64,000 nt of DNA from Candidatus Hydrogenedentota bacterium (GTDB taxonomy: Bacteria; Hydrogenedentota; Hydrogenedentia; Hydrogenedentales; SLHB01). The translations under genes and the position numbers were made by a program. Each line of letters starts with the position of its first letter. Position 1 is the stretch's first letter. The notes under the pieces are model-generated. The model did not search any database, was not told where the DNA came from, and saw nothing but the letters and a program-made list of their open reading frames with translations. This document shows, piece by piece, positions 10,220 through 19,679 of this stretch. Location of the stretch: the NCBI GenBank assembly GCA_963668025.2, contig CAXXTH010000023.1:1-64000 (forward strand). The letters are read 5' to 3'.

Positions 10220-10319
10220 TACTAGATTCCCCTTTTAAGCCCACGTGGGGCTAATCGTTCTGTTCGTTGTTGTGATTAAGGGGAAAAGAGGGCAGGAATA
10301 GAAGCGAAGCTACGTTCCT

Positions 10320-10507
10320 ACTGCAACTTTTCCGCGAAGTCGCTGTTTGATTAGGTGCGTATGGGCAGGTCTTCTGGCTTCCGGTATGGTTCTACTCGCC
10401 GCGCCTTCCCATCCTTTCGAGGACAGTGGCTCGAGTGCGGTTTTCGTAGCCGGTCACAGCAGCGCGTCTGCGGCGGATTCGCACCGCCTTCCCTTTGCCC
10501 ACGCGCG
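10320..10507 (-). ncRNA. cobalamin riboswitch, proximal copy
   Basis: Minus strand reads GGGCA-AAGGGAA-GGCGGTGCGAATCCGCC-GCAG..CTGCTGTGA..GCCACTG..GGGAAGGCG..AGCCAGAAGACCTGCCC (B12 box). A downstream hairpin loop TTCGC is complementary to L5 GCGAA. Confidence 0.92.
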
Positions 10508-10629
10508 GGTAATACTTATGCCGCTCACCTCCTCTCACAAATGTTCCGCCGCAAAGCAGACATGCATCAGTCTTGCTAGTGCGACGCGGAGGTGAAACGA
10601 GGGGCAGGAATGTTGGCGTGTCCTGTGCT

Positions 10630-10817
10630 CATTACAACCTTTCCGCGAAGTTGCAACTACTTTGTTTTGTGTTTGGGCAGGTCTTCTGGCTTCCGGCATG
10701 CTCTACTGGCCGCGCCTTCCCATCCTTTCGAGGACAGTGGCTCGAGTGCGGTTTTCGTAGCCGGTCACAGCAGCGCGTCTGCGGCGGATTCGCACCGCCT
10801 TCCCTTTGCCCAAACAC
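10630..10817 (-). ncRNA. cobalamin riboswitch, distal copy
   Basis: Same core repeated about 312 bp upstream. P1 is GTGTTTGGGCA/TGCCCAAACAC, and it has its own CAACTTCGCGGAAAGGTTG kissing-loop hairpin. Confidence 0.92.
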
Positions 10818-10839
10818 GCTGATCATGAATACAAGCAAG

Positions 10840-10869
10840 ATGTTGGCATAGGCGGCCATCGCTTGTCAA
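10840..10869 (-). promoter_or_regulatory. putative sigma70 promoter for the riboswitch leader
   Basis: TTGACA (10869-10864), an 18-nt spacer ending in TGn, then CAACAT (10845-10840), about 20 nt upstream of the distal riboswitch P1. Confidence 0.4.
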
Positions 10870-10991
10870 ACCTTTGAACCCAGGATGATGGCCTCATAAG
10901 GCACAAGAGATACAGAAACAAATAGGAAGTTTTTTCCCCGTTTTTTTGCGCATTCTGTGGCAGCCAGGCAACCGGTTTATTAGCATACAAG

Positions 10992-12813
10992 GAGGCATTT
11001 GCGAAATAGCGTGGTTTGCGAACGCGCGGACGGTGCGGGCACACGCGGAGCGGTTTTCGCCTGTGGCAATGGGATTACGCCTCCGCTACGGGTGCAATAA
11101 ATCATGCAGGAGGTTCGCGTGTAGGACCCTTGCGGCCCGAATGGGCATGGTTTGCCCTTGATTCGGGCCATCATTGCTTGTGCGGATTCGATGTGATCTA
11201 TGCGGCGCGGGGCTGTCCGAGGAGCGAGCGCATGCGTTCTGCCTGGCCGGCTTCGAGCCATCCCAGGGCCATGCCGAGCATGACGAGGAGGGCTAATCCG
11301 GTGCGGGCGCGCATCTTTTTCATACCGCGGATGTAGTGGCGCTCGAATCCGTATGCGCCGTCGAGTCGGCTGTTGACTCGCTCGATGGCGGTGCGGTGTT
11401 TGTATTCGCGGCGCCAGGATTTGGCGCTGCGGGGCAGGGGGGTAAAGATGCGCCGGTCGATAGCGATGGGCACGCGGACAATCCGTCCGTGTTCGGGCTG
11501 GCATCCTTGGTTGCAGAGGTCTTGCTGGGTACAGGCGCTCCCGCGTGCCTTGGCTGGGCAACGGTATTTCAAGGTTCCCCGATCTTGCTCGAATCCTTGG
11601 TAGGCCATGGAATCATAGTTGTCGCGTTCGTTTGGGGCGCCGTTACGACACCGGCAGAGGACTTCACCTCGTTCGGTATGGAAGATCGTGTCTACCCGTT
11701 CGGGATATAAAGGGCGGGGCCGTTCCGGTTCTTCTTTCCAGGTCGCCCGGATGTCCACGATGGGCCGGATTTCATGTTCCTCGAAGAGGCCCTTGTTGTT
11801 GGCTTCGGAATCATAGCCCTTGTCGGCGCTGAGGTACTCGGCGCGTTGGACGAGTTCGGGGTGGCGCGCGTCGAGAGCCGCCACGAGGGGCAGCAGAAAG
11901 GGCGAGTCGTTGGCGCTGGCTTTCGTGACCGCGTAGCCCAGCGGCAATTCGTATTTCGTGTCCACGATGAGGTGCAGCTTGTAGCCGAACCACCGTTTGA
12001 CCTTCTCCCAGGGCGTGCCGTCCTTGTGAACGCCCTTGTAGGTTTTCGTGCCCCAGTCTGCGTCGCGGTCGCGCCGCCCGTCCGGCTCTTCGTTTTCCAG
12101 GACCGCGTCTTTGCGCGGAGGCTTGGCGTGGGTTTGGATGGCTTTCGAGTCTACGGCCAGACGCACCCCGAGATCCGGCAAGCGTTCCATCAGCCGGACG
12201 ATGAGCGCGTCGAACATCCGGTCCACTTCTTTCCAGTGGCGCAGTAATCTGGCGAAGAACCGCGTGTACACCCATTCGGGCGGGACCGCCTTGGCGCCCC
12301 GCAACACGTCGAATCCGCACAACTGGCGCAATTGCCCGTTTCGGGCTAGTTCGCGGCGCAGGCTTTCGACGCCGTCGTGCTGGAAGACGATCCCCGCCAG
12401 TATGCTGTTCCACATCGCGCGGATAGGATAATCGTCGCGCCGCCCCTTGCGTTCGGCTTCCATCGCCCGCATCAAATCTTCATCCGGCAGCGCCGCCAGC
12501 AACAGGTTCAGCCGATCCAGATCCGACGCCGCGTCGACCTGGTTCCACGAGAACAACCCCATTTGGTGTATAATGGCCATCGCAAACGTCTCCTTGGTGT
12601 GTGCGTGGTTATGTGGTCAACTATACTACAATCACACACGGGAGACGTTACGCCTTTTCCCGCTCGCCGAGGGCATTTGGGGTGATTTTTCACAAAAAAT
12701 CCTTATTCATGCCCCCGCCAAGCCCCTTTCCCCGCATTCTCCGGGGTAGGCGCCAATTCCGCCGCTTTGTAAACCCTTGTCAATACGGATTTTCTTTATT
12801 TCGCAAATGCCTC
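10992..12813 (-). mobile_element. 1822-bp IS (IS5/IS1182-like DDE element), copy 1
   Basis: Terminal inverted repeats GAGGCATTTGCGAAATA. A 7-bp TSD ATACAAG is present at 10985-10991 and 12814-12820. Confidence 0.95.
11198..12580 (-). CDS. DDE transposase (DUF772-like N-terminus, IS5/IS1182-like)
   Basis: 460 aa with AVDSK, WFGYKLHLIVD, SADKGYDS and YKHRTAIERVNSRL. The protein is identical in all three copies. Confidence 0.9.
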   Translation of the reverse strand: MAIIHQMGLFSWNQVDAASDLDRLNLLLAALPDEDLMRAMEAERKGRRDDYPIRAMWNSILAGIVFQHDGVESLRRELARNGQLRQLCGFDVLRGAKAVPPEWVYTRFFARLLRHWKEVDRMFDALIVRLMERLPDLGVRLAVDSKAIQTHAKPPRKDAVLENEEPDGRRDRDADWGTKTYKGVHKDGTPWEKVKRWFGYKLHLIVDTKYELPLGYAVTKASANDSPFLLPLVAALDARHPELVQRAEYLSADKGYDSEANNKGLFEEHEIRPIVDIRATWKEEPERPRPLYPERVDTIFHTERGEVLCRCRNGAPNERDNYDSMAYQGFEQDRGTLKYRCPAKARGSACTQQDLCNQGCQPEHGRIVRVPIAIDRRIFTPLPRSAKSWRREYKHRTAIERVNSRLDGAYGFERHYIRGMKKMRARTGLALLVMLGMALGWLEAGQAERMRSLLGQPRAA

Positions 12814-12948
12814 ATACAAGAAATCACCCTTGTCTAAAGTGTGCTGGTTTCTGTAGGATGGCTCTTTCCATTGTTCGCTGGAGTTGATGCTCTAAGCGCG
12901 GTTATTGCGGGCCATTTTACACTCGCATGCGGGAGAATTGAGCTGTTT

Positions 12949-15792
12949 ATGGATCGGCCTGAACTCAAAGACGTACATGGCCGCGTCAACCAGTTATATC
13001 GAGAAGCCAGCTACGGAGAAGCCCTCGAACTGCTCGATTCTCTTAGATCGAGTTGCCCGAACGATACCGCCATACTCTACGCCCGCGCACTCTGCCTCGC
13101 GGCGCTTGGACGCTTTCAAGACGCCTCCGCTTCATGTGATCATCTCATCCGCGATTGCCATGATTTTCGCGGAGTGGAGTTGAGCGCGCGTATCGCGGCC
13201 TGCATGGCGGATATTGCCGACGGCCAGCCTGCCGCCAACATTCTTGAGATGGCGGAACTCTTACCTATGCTTGCGGAAGAGCCGACAGTGAAAGAGTCGG
13301 CAAGAGAAGAACCGACAGAAGAAGAGTCGGCAACGGAAACGCCCCGCCCTGTATTTGAGTTCATTGATGGATTATTCACTCCGCTCGCGCCTGCGGCGGT
13401 TTCCGAACAGGAAACTGTTGTTGTCCTCGAAACGCCGCCAGAAAGCGTCCCTGAGCAGCAGGCCGAACTCGAACCGGAAGACCGTTCAAAATCCCCCATG
13501 GCTTCTCCGGATTCCGGCTGCCAAGCAGCCGATTCGACCGAAGCGCCGCCTGTTTCCGGTTTGACCGGAATTAAAGAAAGCCTGAATCTCGACACAATCG
13601 AGATCATAGGGGCCGAGGATACGCCCGCACAGCGATTCGCGGCGAATGTCCAACGCACGGAGGCGCCACGGCAAACGCCTGCACGATGGCGCACGCTCCT
13701 CCGTTTGTTAGCCGCATTGGTGGTAGGCTCCGGTCTTGCGGCAACACTTTATGGATATTATGCCGGTCCGTGGGCAATGCATTCGGCTCCCGCACCCGTT
13801 GAAACGCATCCCACACCGCCCCCCGTAACGGAATCCAATATTCCGCCGCCTGCGGCGATTCCTCCCGCACCCCAGGAATTTCCATCCGATCTGGCGCTGG
13901 GAGCGTTCAGCATGCGCCCAGAAGGAGAAAAAGAAGCGCCTTGGAAATGGATAGGCAGCGCGTCCGGCGCGCTAGACTTGCCTGCGGAAGCTGAACTGCG
14001 CCTGGATGTCGCCCCTTGCCATGCGCTTGACTTCGAAACGCTTGCATCCATTAAGCTGCCAAATCTTCGCGTAGCACATATCACCCATACCGGTTTTTCG
14101 GATAACGACGCAACGCCGTTGGGACGCATGTCTTCGGTGCGGGAATTGACTCTCTCCCATACCTTTTTATTAACCGACGCGGGCCTTGCGCAGCTTGTCC
14201 ATTTACCGGATTTGGAGTCTCTTACGTTGCAAGGCGTTAACCTGGCCACCGACGAAGGCTCTGTCTTCCTGGCGGGCCTCAAGAAGCTGCGCTCCTTGGA
14301 TTTATCGGAAATGCCCTATACGGATGACGCCTTGATCCATATCGAGGGGTTAGCCGCCCTCGAATCGCTGGCGCTGCCGGATGGCGTGACGGACAAGGGC
14401 CTGATGCATCTTTCTGGCCTCTCGAATCTGCGGGAGCTCCGCCTGGGCGCGGGCGTGTCAGGCCCCGGATTGGATCGCCTGGCCCGCTTGCAATCCCTGG
14501 AAAAACTCACGGTAAAAGGTGCAATCACCGAGCCGGGCATGGGTTCTATCGCGAAGATACCCAAGCTGCACACCTTATCCTGCCTGGGACAGCCCGCCAA
14601 CGGGGCGCTGGGCAGGCTAACCTGGTCGAGCCCATTGCGTAATCTTGAACTAGCCGGGATGCAATTGAGCGCGGAAGACATCAATCTGCTGGCTAATCTG
14701 CCGCAACTCGCTTCCTTGCGCCTTGATACCGCCAATCCGCCAGCGGACGGCGTTTCTATTATCCAAGCGCTGGCGCAATTGCCCGCGCTTACGGAATTGA
14801 ACTTGAATTCCTCTACCTTTACCGATGCGGCGCTAGAATCGCTGCCTCAGTTCGCCAATCTGCAAACCCTCGGGCTGTCCGCTTCGGCGGTGACAAGCGC
14901 GGGCATGGCGCGCCTGGCGCCGATGGCGCATCTGGCCCAGCTCACTCTGGACTATACCGCCGTAAACGACTCGGGGCTTCAGGCCATTGGGACGTTAACC
15001 GGTTTGCAGCGCTTGAGCCTGATTGGCGTTTCAACAAGCGATGCGGCAGTGCAAACATTCCAGGCTGTGCTGCCTCAATGTGAAATCGTGCGCTCAGAAG
15101 CCCGAGGCGGCCTTCGCAGCGCCATCTTCTCCCTGGGTGAAGCCAAAGGCAGCCTTTATATAGACGGCAAGCTGCTCGGCTTGGCGCGCGGACCGATCTC
15201 ATGGCCGGAAGGCGCTTCATTAAGATTAGTCGTTTCGCCGGAAGGCGAACGGGATTTGACTTATTTGGACCGACTGCCAGTGGATGCGCTGGATTCGATG
15301 AAATTCACGGGTGAAGAAGCCCCCGAGGCCGGTCTCGGGCATATCGGCCGCCTCACCGGCTTGGAATCGCTAACACTGCGTGGCCCGCACATTGGCGACG
15401 CGGGGCTTGCATTGTTGAAAGACTTGCGCGGCTTGAAATCGCTCGCCCTCGAGCATACCTCGATTACCGATGCAAGCTTGGCCTCGATTGCGCAAGATTT
15501 TCCTGGGCTCGAGCATTTGAGCTTGCCGGATAATGAACGCATCACGGACGCGGGAATCCGCCAGCTTGCCTCCTTGGGCGGGCTTCAATCGCTCAATCTA
15601 GATCGGACGCCCATCACGGGCCATTCGCTCGCTTCATTGCGCGTACTGCTCCTATTAACGGATTTAAGCCTGGTGGGTGTCCAAGCCAATCCGGAGGCCG
15701 TGGAAGCGTTAAAACGGGCGCTTCCGGAGTGCGCCATCCACATCGAGCCGGAAACAGATGCCGAAAAAAAGCGGCCAGGGGCCCCGGCATGA
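12949..15792 (+). CDS. membrane-anchored leucine-rich repeat protein with an N-terminal TPR-like region
   Basis: TPR-like YARALCLAALGRFQDA, an acidic/Pro-rich linker, a TM helix (LLRLLAALVVGSGLAATLYGYY) and many LxxLxL...TDxGL repeats. ATG 12949 is preferred over the GTG at 12841 next to the IS. Confidence 0.85.
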   Translation: MDRPELKDVHGRVNQLYREASYGEALELLDSLRSSCPNDTAILYARALCLAALGRFQDASASCDHLIRDCHDFRGVELSARIAACMADIADGQPAANILEMAELLPMLAEEPTVKESAREEPTEEESATETPRPVFEFIDGLFTPLAPAAVSEQETVVVLETPPESVPEQQAELEPEDRSKSPMASPDSGCQAADSTEAPPVSGLTGIKESLNLDTIEIIGAEDTPAQRFAANVQRTEAPRQTPARWRTLLRLLAALVVGSGLAATLYGYYAGPWAMHSAPAPVETHPTPPPVTESNIPPPAAIPPAPQEFPSDLALGAFSMRPEGEKEAPWKWIGSASGALDLPAEAELRLDVAPCHALDFETLASIKLPNLRVAHITHTGFSDNDATPLGRMSSVRELTLSHTFLLTDAGLAQLVHLPDLESLTLQGVNLATDEGSVFLAGLKKLRSLDLSEMPYTDDALIHIEGLAALESLALPDGVTDKGLMHLSGLSNLRELRLGAGVSGPGLDRLARLQSLEKLTVKGAITEPGMGSIAKIPKLHTLSCLGQPANGALGRLTWSSPLRNLELAGMQLSAEDINLLANLPQLASLRLDTANPPADGVSIIQALAQLPALTELNLNSSTFTDAALESLPQFANLQTLGLSASAVTSAGMARLAPMAHLAQLTLDYTAVNDSGLQAIGTLTGLQRLSLIGVSTSDAAVQTFQAVLPQCEIVRSEARGGLRSAIFSLGEAKGSLYIDGKLLGLARGPISWPEGASLRLVVSPEGERDLTYLDRLPVDALDSMKFTGEEAPEAGLGHIGRLTGLESLTLRGPHIGDAGLALLKDLRGLKSLALEHTSITDASLASIAQDFPGLEHLSLPDNERITDAGIRQLASLGGLQSLNLDRTPITGHSLASLRVLLLLTDLSLVGVQANPEAVEALKRALPECAIHIEPETDAEKKRPGAPA

Positions 15793-16475
15793 CCATTTCC
15801 CGTGCGGCGATTCTTTTTGACCTTGATGGCACGCTGTTTCGGTCCGAACGGGTGACGGTTCCCGCCGTACAGCGCACGTTAACGGCGGCGGGCATTGCAC
15901 TTCCATCTCCAAACGAGATCATGCGCTGTACGGGCCGTCCCATCGAACAATTCCATGCTTGGCTGCGCGGACTATGCCCGCCCGGACAGGCGGAACAGGT
16001 GGCCGCCGCAGTGGACGCCTTGGAATTGGCCTTGATCCGTACGGAAGGCGCATTATATCGTGGTGTCCGGGAAATGCTTGAAACGCTGCGCGCCGAAGGG
16101 CATGTATTGGCTCTCTGTTCAAATGGCCCGCTGGATTATGTGGATGAAGTGCTGGACAGCCATGCATTGAGGCCCTATTTTGAAGTAACGCGCTGCCGGG
16201 GAATGGGATATCCTGGGAAAATTGAAATGGCCCAAGAGATTCTGGCCCAGTGGGGACTTCCCGGGAATCCCTTGCCGAATGGCCCTCAAGTGGGAATCGT
16301 TGTGGGGGACCGGGAAGATGATGTCGGTGCGGCCCACGCCCATGGCGCATGGGCTATAGGTGTTTCGTATGGATTTGGGAGTAGGGGCGAATTGCGTGGT
16401 GCGGACGCCATCGTACATGCAGCGAGTGAAATACCGTTGGCGGTACATAGGCTGTTAGCGCGCGTGGCAGTATGA
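15789..16475 (+). CDS. HAD-superfamily hydrolase (phosphoglycolate phosphatase-like)
   Basis: Motifs FDLDGTL, CSNG and VGDREDDV. ATGA overlap with the LRR gene. Confidence 0.88.
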   Translation: MTISRAAILFDLDGTLFRSERVTVPAVQRTLTAAGIALPSPNEIMRCTGRPIEQFHAWLRGLCPPGQAEQVAAAVDALELALIRTEGALYRGVREMLETLRAEGHVLALCSNGPLDYVDEVLDSHALRPYFEVTRCRGMGYPGKIEMAQEILAQWGLPGNPLPNGPQVGIVVGDREDDVGAAHAHGAWAIGVSYGFGSRGELRGADAIVHAASEIPLAVHRLLARVAV

Positions 16476-16512
16476 ACCCGCGCAAGGCGCGGACATAAAG
16501 GATGGAAAAGCC

Positions 16513-17631
16513 ATGAAAATGAACTATGCTTTGCTGGCGGTAAGTATTCTGGCGTGCGCCGGGCTTGTAGGCTGTACGACCGTTTCGAATGAACATCCCA
16601 ATCCGGGGCTTGCACAAGCGCAGGCTCCCGCGTGGTCGTATAAAGCCCGAAGCGAGGAAATGGTCATTGCCGTTTCCCCGGCGGGCAAAGCGTTCCGCCT
16701 GGCGGGCTCATCGGGAATGCTGGTCGGCGCGGTCGTGGACGCCAACGTGAATGAAGGCTACGCCCGAAAAGTAAAGGAACTGCTCAATGGGTATGACACC
16801 GGCAAAGTGTTTGAAGACCGCCTTGCTTCGCGCATGACCAGCGCGCTTGGACAGGAGTTGAAGCGGGTCGAACCACTGACGAGCACGGCGGGATTCCAAC
16901 AACGCCGCAACGCCCAGGACGCCCGTTTCGAATCCCTCGTTAAATCTGGCGCAGACCAAGTGCTGGATCTCAATATCACCTATGGACTTTATGGACCCGA
17001 TGGAATCATGGCGGCGCGGATTACAGGCAGCCTGTATGCCCTTCCGAAAGGCCGGGCATTATGGCGGGATACGGTTTACGTGGCTTCCGGCCCCGTGTTT
17101 GCCGACACCAAACTGGGCGACCCTATTGAAGGTTCGCTATTTCCGGATTTGTCCCAGGGGCTGGGCGTCCATGAATCGGCCATGCAGGCCTGGCTCGGCG
17201 GCGATGGCTCCATACTTAAAGAACGCTTCGAGCAAGCCACGGACGGCGTGATATCGGCGCTGCTCTGCGATCTTGGCCTTGCGGAAGAAGCGAAGGGCGA
17301 ATATGCGCTCGGTTGCGTGGCCATGAACCGCCAGGATTTCCAGCGCGCCGAAGAGCATTTCGCCAAAGCCTTGCGCTTGGAGCCTTCCTATACAGACGCT
17401 CAGAATGCCCGCGCGGTGAATCTCGCCCACTCCGGAAATGTGGATGGGGCTATCACGGCTGCCCGCGCTATCGCCAGCGCTTCTCCTGAATACGGCCCCG
17501 CCTGGCTCAATCTGGCGTATTGGCATATCGAGATGAAAAAGGATATCGCCCAAGGCAAAGAGTGTTACAACCACGCGCGCGCCTGCGGCATGCCGCAACG
17601 CCCCGAACTCGAGCGCAAACTCGAACAGTAA
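16513..17631 (+). CDS. lipoprotein with C-terminal TPR repeats
   Basis: Lipobox LVGC and TPR-like AEEHFAKALRLEPSYTDAQNARAVNL and YGPAWLNLA. Confidence 0.75.
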   Translation: MKMNYALLAVSILACAGLVGCTTVSNEHPNPGLAQAQAPAWSYKARSEEMVIAVSPAGKAFRLAGSSGMLVGAVVDANVNEGYARKVKELLNGYDTGKVFEDRLASRMTSALGQELKRVEPLTSTAGFQQRRNAQDARFESLVKSGADQVLDLNITYGLYGPDGIMAARITGSLYALPKGRALWRDTVYVASGPVFADTKLGDPIEGSLFPDLSQGLGVHESAMQAWLGGDGSILKERFEQATDGVISALLCDLGLAEEAKGEYALGCVAMNRQDFQRAEEHFAKALRLEPSYTDAQNARAVNLAHSGNVDGAITAARAIASASPEYGPAWLNLAYWHIEMKKDIAQGKECYNHARACGMPQRPELERKLEQ

Positions 17632-17691
17632 ATACTGGCGTGAGCGTTGACCACAACCCAATGTAACGACATAGCATCGTTTATTCTCGGT

Positions 17692-18048
17692 TACCTTTGC
17701 GTTCTTGGCGGCTTTGCGTGCGTATAAGTAGAATGGGATTTCTGTTGGTAGTAAAGCGTGCCAACCTTACTTATCTATTTCACGCAAAGTCGCGAAGCCG
17801 CAAAGAATGCAACCATTTAGCCATCTGGAGCAAAAACATTGGGCTTATTTTTTAAACCGCGAATAGATACGAATTCATGGCAAACCTCTGTTAGCGGGAG
17901 ATTTTTTTGACAGGATTTACAAGATGAACAAGATTTTTTTGATGGCGATTTCGTTGCCCCAAAAAATGTGTTCGGGCGCTTCATCGATTAGTTATAATGA
18001 TTGCGAGCATGTCCAATCTTGTTAATCTTGTCAATCATGTCTAAAAAA
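17692..18048. repeat. two REP-like inverted-repeat pairs built from 9-mer units
   Basis: CTTTGCGTTCTTGGCGGCTTTGCGTG pairs with CACGCAAAGTCGCGAAGCCGCAAAG (about 17695-17805). TTTTTTGACAGGATTTACAAGATGAACAAGATT pairs with AATCTTGTTAATCTTGTCAATCATGTCTAAAAAA (about 17902-18048). Confidence 0.6.
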
Positions 18049-18192
18049 GCTCTTGCTTCATTCCGCTAAAGTGTTACGATTTTTTTGACGTAATCCAAGT
18101 TTTACGTTATCATACGCTAAGTTGAGTTTGTGACGCGGGAAAGTCGAGATTGCTGCGCGCCCCAGTTGCTGGCGCGCAGCGGGATGGCCAAT

Positions 18193-18636
18193 ATGAAGCT
18201 TTCCACAAAATCGCGGTATGGATTACGAGGCATGCTGCACTTGGCATTGGCGGAACCGGAGCGTTCTGTCATGGCGCGAGAAATTGCCGAAACGCAGAAT
18301 TTACCTCTCACCTATCTCGAACAATTGATGCTTGCATTGAAAAAAGCCGGGCTGGTGCTGGCGATTCGGGGCGCGCACGGGGGATATATGCTGGCGCGGG
18401 CTCCCTCAGAGATCACCTTGGCGCAAATCGTGGAAGCCCTTGAAGGGCCGTTGCATGTGGCGGATTGCGCGAATGTGCCGAATTGTTGTGAAGATCCTCA
18501 AGCATGCGTTCTCAAAGAGATCTTTCATGAAATCAACACCGCGCTTTATGAAGCCTTTGATCAGATCACACTGGCCGATTTTGCTTCACGCCACCGCCTT
18601 AAAACATCCGCCAATGGCCCCATGTACTTCATCTAG
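18193..18636 (+). CDS. Rrf2-family transcriptional regulator (IscR/CymR-like, Cys-containing)
   Basis: MKLSTKSRYGLR, YLEQL, RGAHGGYMLAR, IVEALEG and C-terminal CANVPNCCEDPQAC. Confidence 0.92.
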   Translation: MKLSTKSRYGLRGMLHLALAEPERSVMAREIAETQNLPLTYLEQLMLALKKAGLVLAIRGAHGGYMLARAPSEITLAQIVEALEGPLHVADCANVPNCCEDPQACVLKEIFHEINTALYEAFDQITLADFASRHRLKTSANGPMYFI

Positions 18637-18652
18637 ATGGTCCCGGTAATCC

Positions 18653-19558
18653 TTACATGAAGAACCGTTTAAGCCGCTGAAAAAAGCTTGTTCGCGAGGG
18701 TGTTACATCAAGGGCGTCTTCATCCGGGCTCTCATGCCGTGGAGTTCTAATCACACGCAGCGCCGCAGCCGTTACATTGTCAGGCGCACCCGCGCGCAAC
18801 GCCCGGCCGACTAAGAGGCGCCCAACACCTTGCAAGCTTTCAACGCTCATCGCTTGGGCGATCTCTTCGTCGGAAACCACGTTCGAGAGGCCATCGGAAC
18901 AAATCAAGAGGTTGTCATTTTGCTGGAGATGCAAGCGGAAGAGGTCTACTTTTAAGTTTTCCCGGGTGCCAACCGCGCGGGTGATGAGATTCTTGAGGGA
19001 ATGGGTTCGGGCTTCTTCTTCGGAGAGCAATCCGCCACGGACTTGCTCGGCCACTAACGAATGGTCTTCCGTGAGTTGGGTGATGGGCATCCCGTGCCTA
19101 CACAGATACACGCGGCTGTCGCCTACCTGCCCGATATATGCGTAATCATGGCGCACGGCAACCGCCGAGACGGTCGTACCCATGCCTCGATACTCGGGGT
19201 GGCTGGCGGCTTCATCAAAGACCCGCTTGTTAGCGGCAATGATAGAGCGGCGCAAGCGGTCAGGAATGGTCCCATCTTCGATGGCATAAAAGGCTTCCGC
19301 GATGGTGTCAAGGGCGATACGGCTGGCCAATGCGCCGCCGCTCACGCCGCCCATGCCATCGGCCACGGCAAAAAGAATCCCCTGCTGCTCTGCGGCAGGT
19401 TGTTCTTCCGGCATACAGAGCATGCACGCATCTTCATTTTGCGAACGTTTGCGACCCACATCAGAGAGGAGATGCACCTGGAGGCAGTCTCCGCTCCATT
19501 GGTGTTCAAAATTCTCGCTCGATTCGGACCCGCTAGAGGTCAGAGCGATTTGCACCAT
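18653..19558 (-). CDS. PP2C-family Ser/Thr protein phosphatase (Stp1/PrpC-like)
   Basis: SDVGRKRSQNED, VADGMGG, GMGTT, VGDSRVY, LTEDHS, ICSDGL and PDNVT. Confidence 0.93.
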   Translation of the reverse strand: MVQIALTSSGSESSENFEHQWSGDCLQVHLLSDVGRKRSQNEDACMLCMPEEQPAAEQQGILFAVADGMGGVSGGALASRIALDTIAEAFYAIEDGTIPDRLRRSIIAANKRVFDEAASHPEYRGMGTTVSAVAVRHDYAYIGQVGDSRVYLCRHGMPITQLTEDHSLVAEQVRGGLLSEEEARTHSLKNLITRAVGTRENLKVDLFRLHLQQNDNLLICSDGLSNVVSDEEIAQAMSVESLQGVGRLLVGRALRAGAPDNVTAAALRVIRTPRHESPDEDALDVTPSRTSFFQRLKRFFM

Positions 19559-19679
19559 TGGCTTCCATCCCTATTGGCGGCCATCGGCGGTTGCCCGTGT
19601 TTCACGATGGGGCATGCCTCTTCGCCATACGCATTGTATTGCCCCGCCGGACTGTTTGCAAGGCTTGCGGGACCATATT

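Noticed and set aside
10363-10811. Direct repeat of about 140 bp considered as a CRISPR array or tRNA pair (GGATTCGCACC resembles a tRNA T-arm)
   Set aside because: There are only two long units, no repeat-spacer periodicity and no cloverleaf. The minus strand matches the cobalamin riboswitch consensus.
18193-18636. Assigning iscR or cymR as gene symbol
   Set aside because: The Rrf2 family is clear, but no isc, suf or cys genes are adjacent to fix the subfamily.
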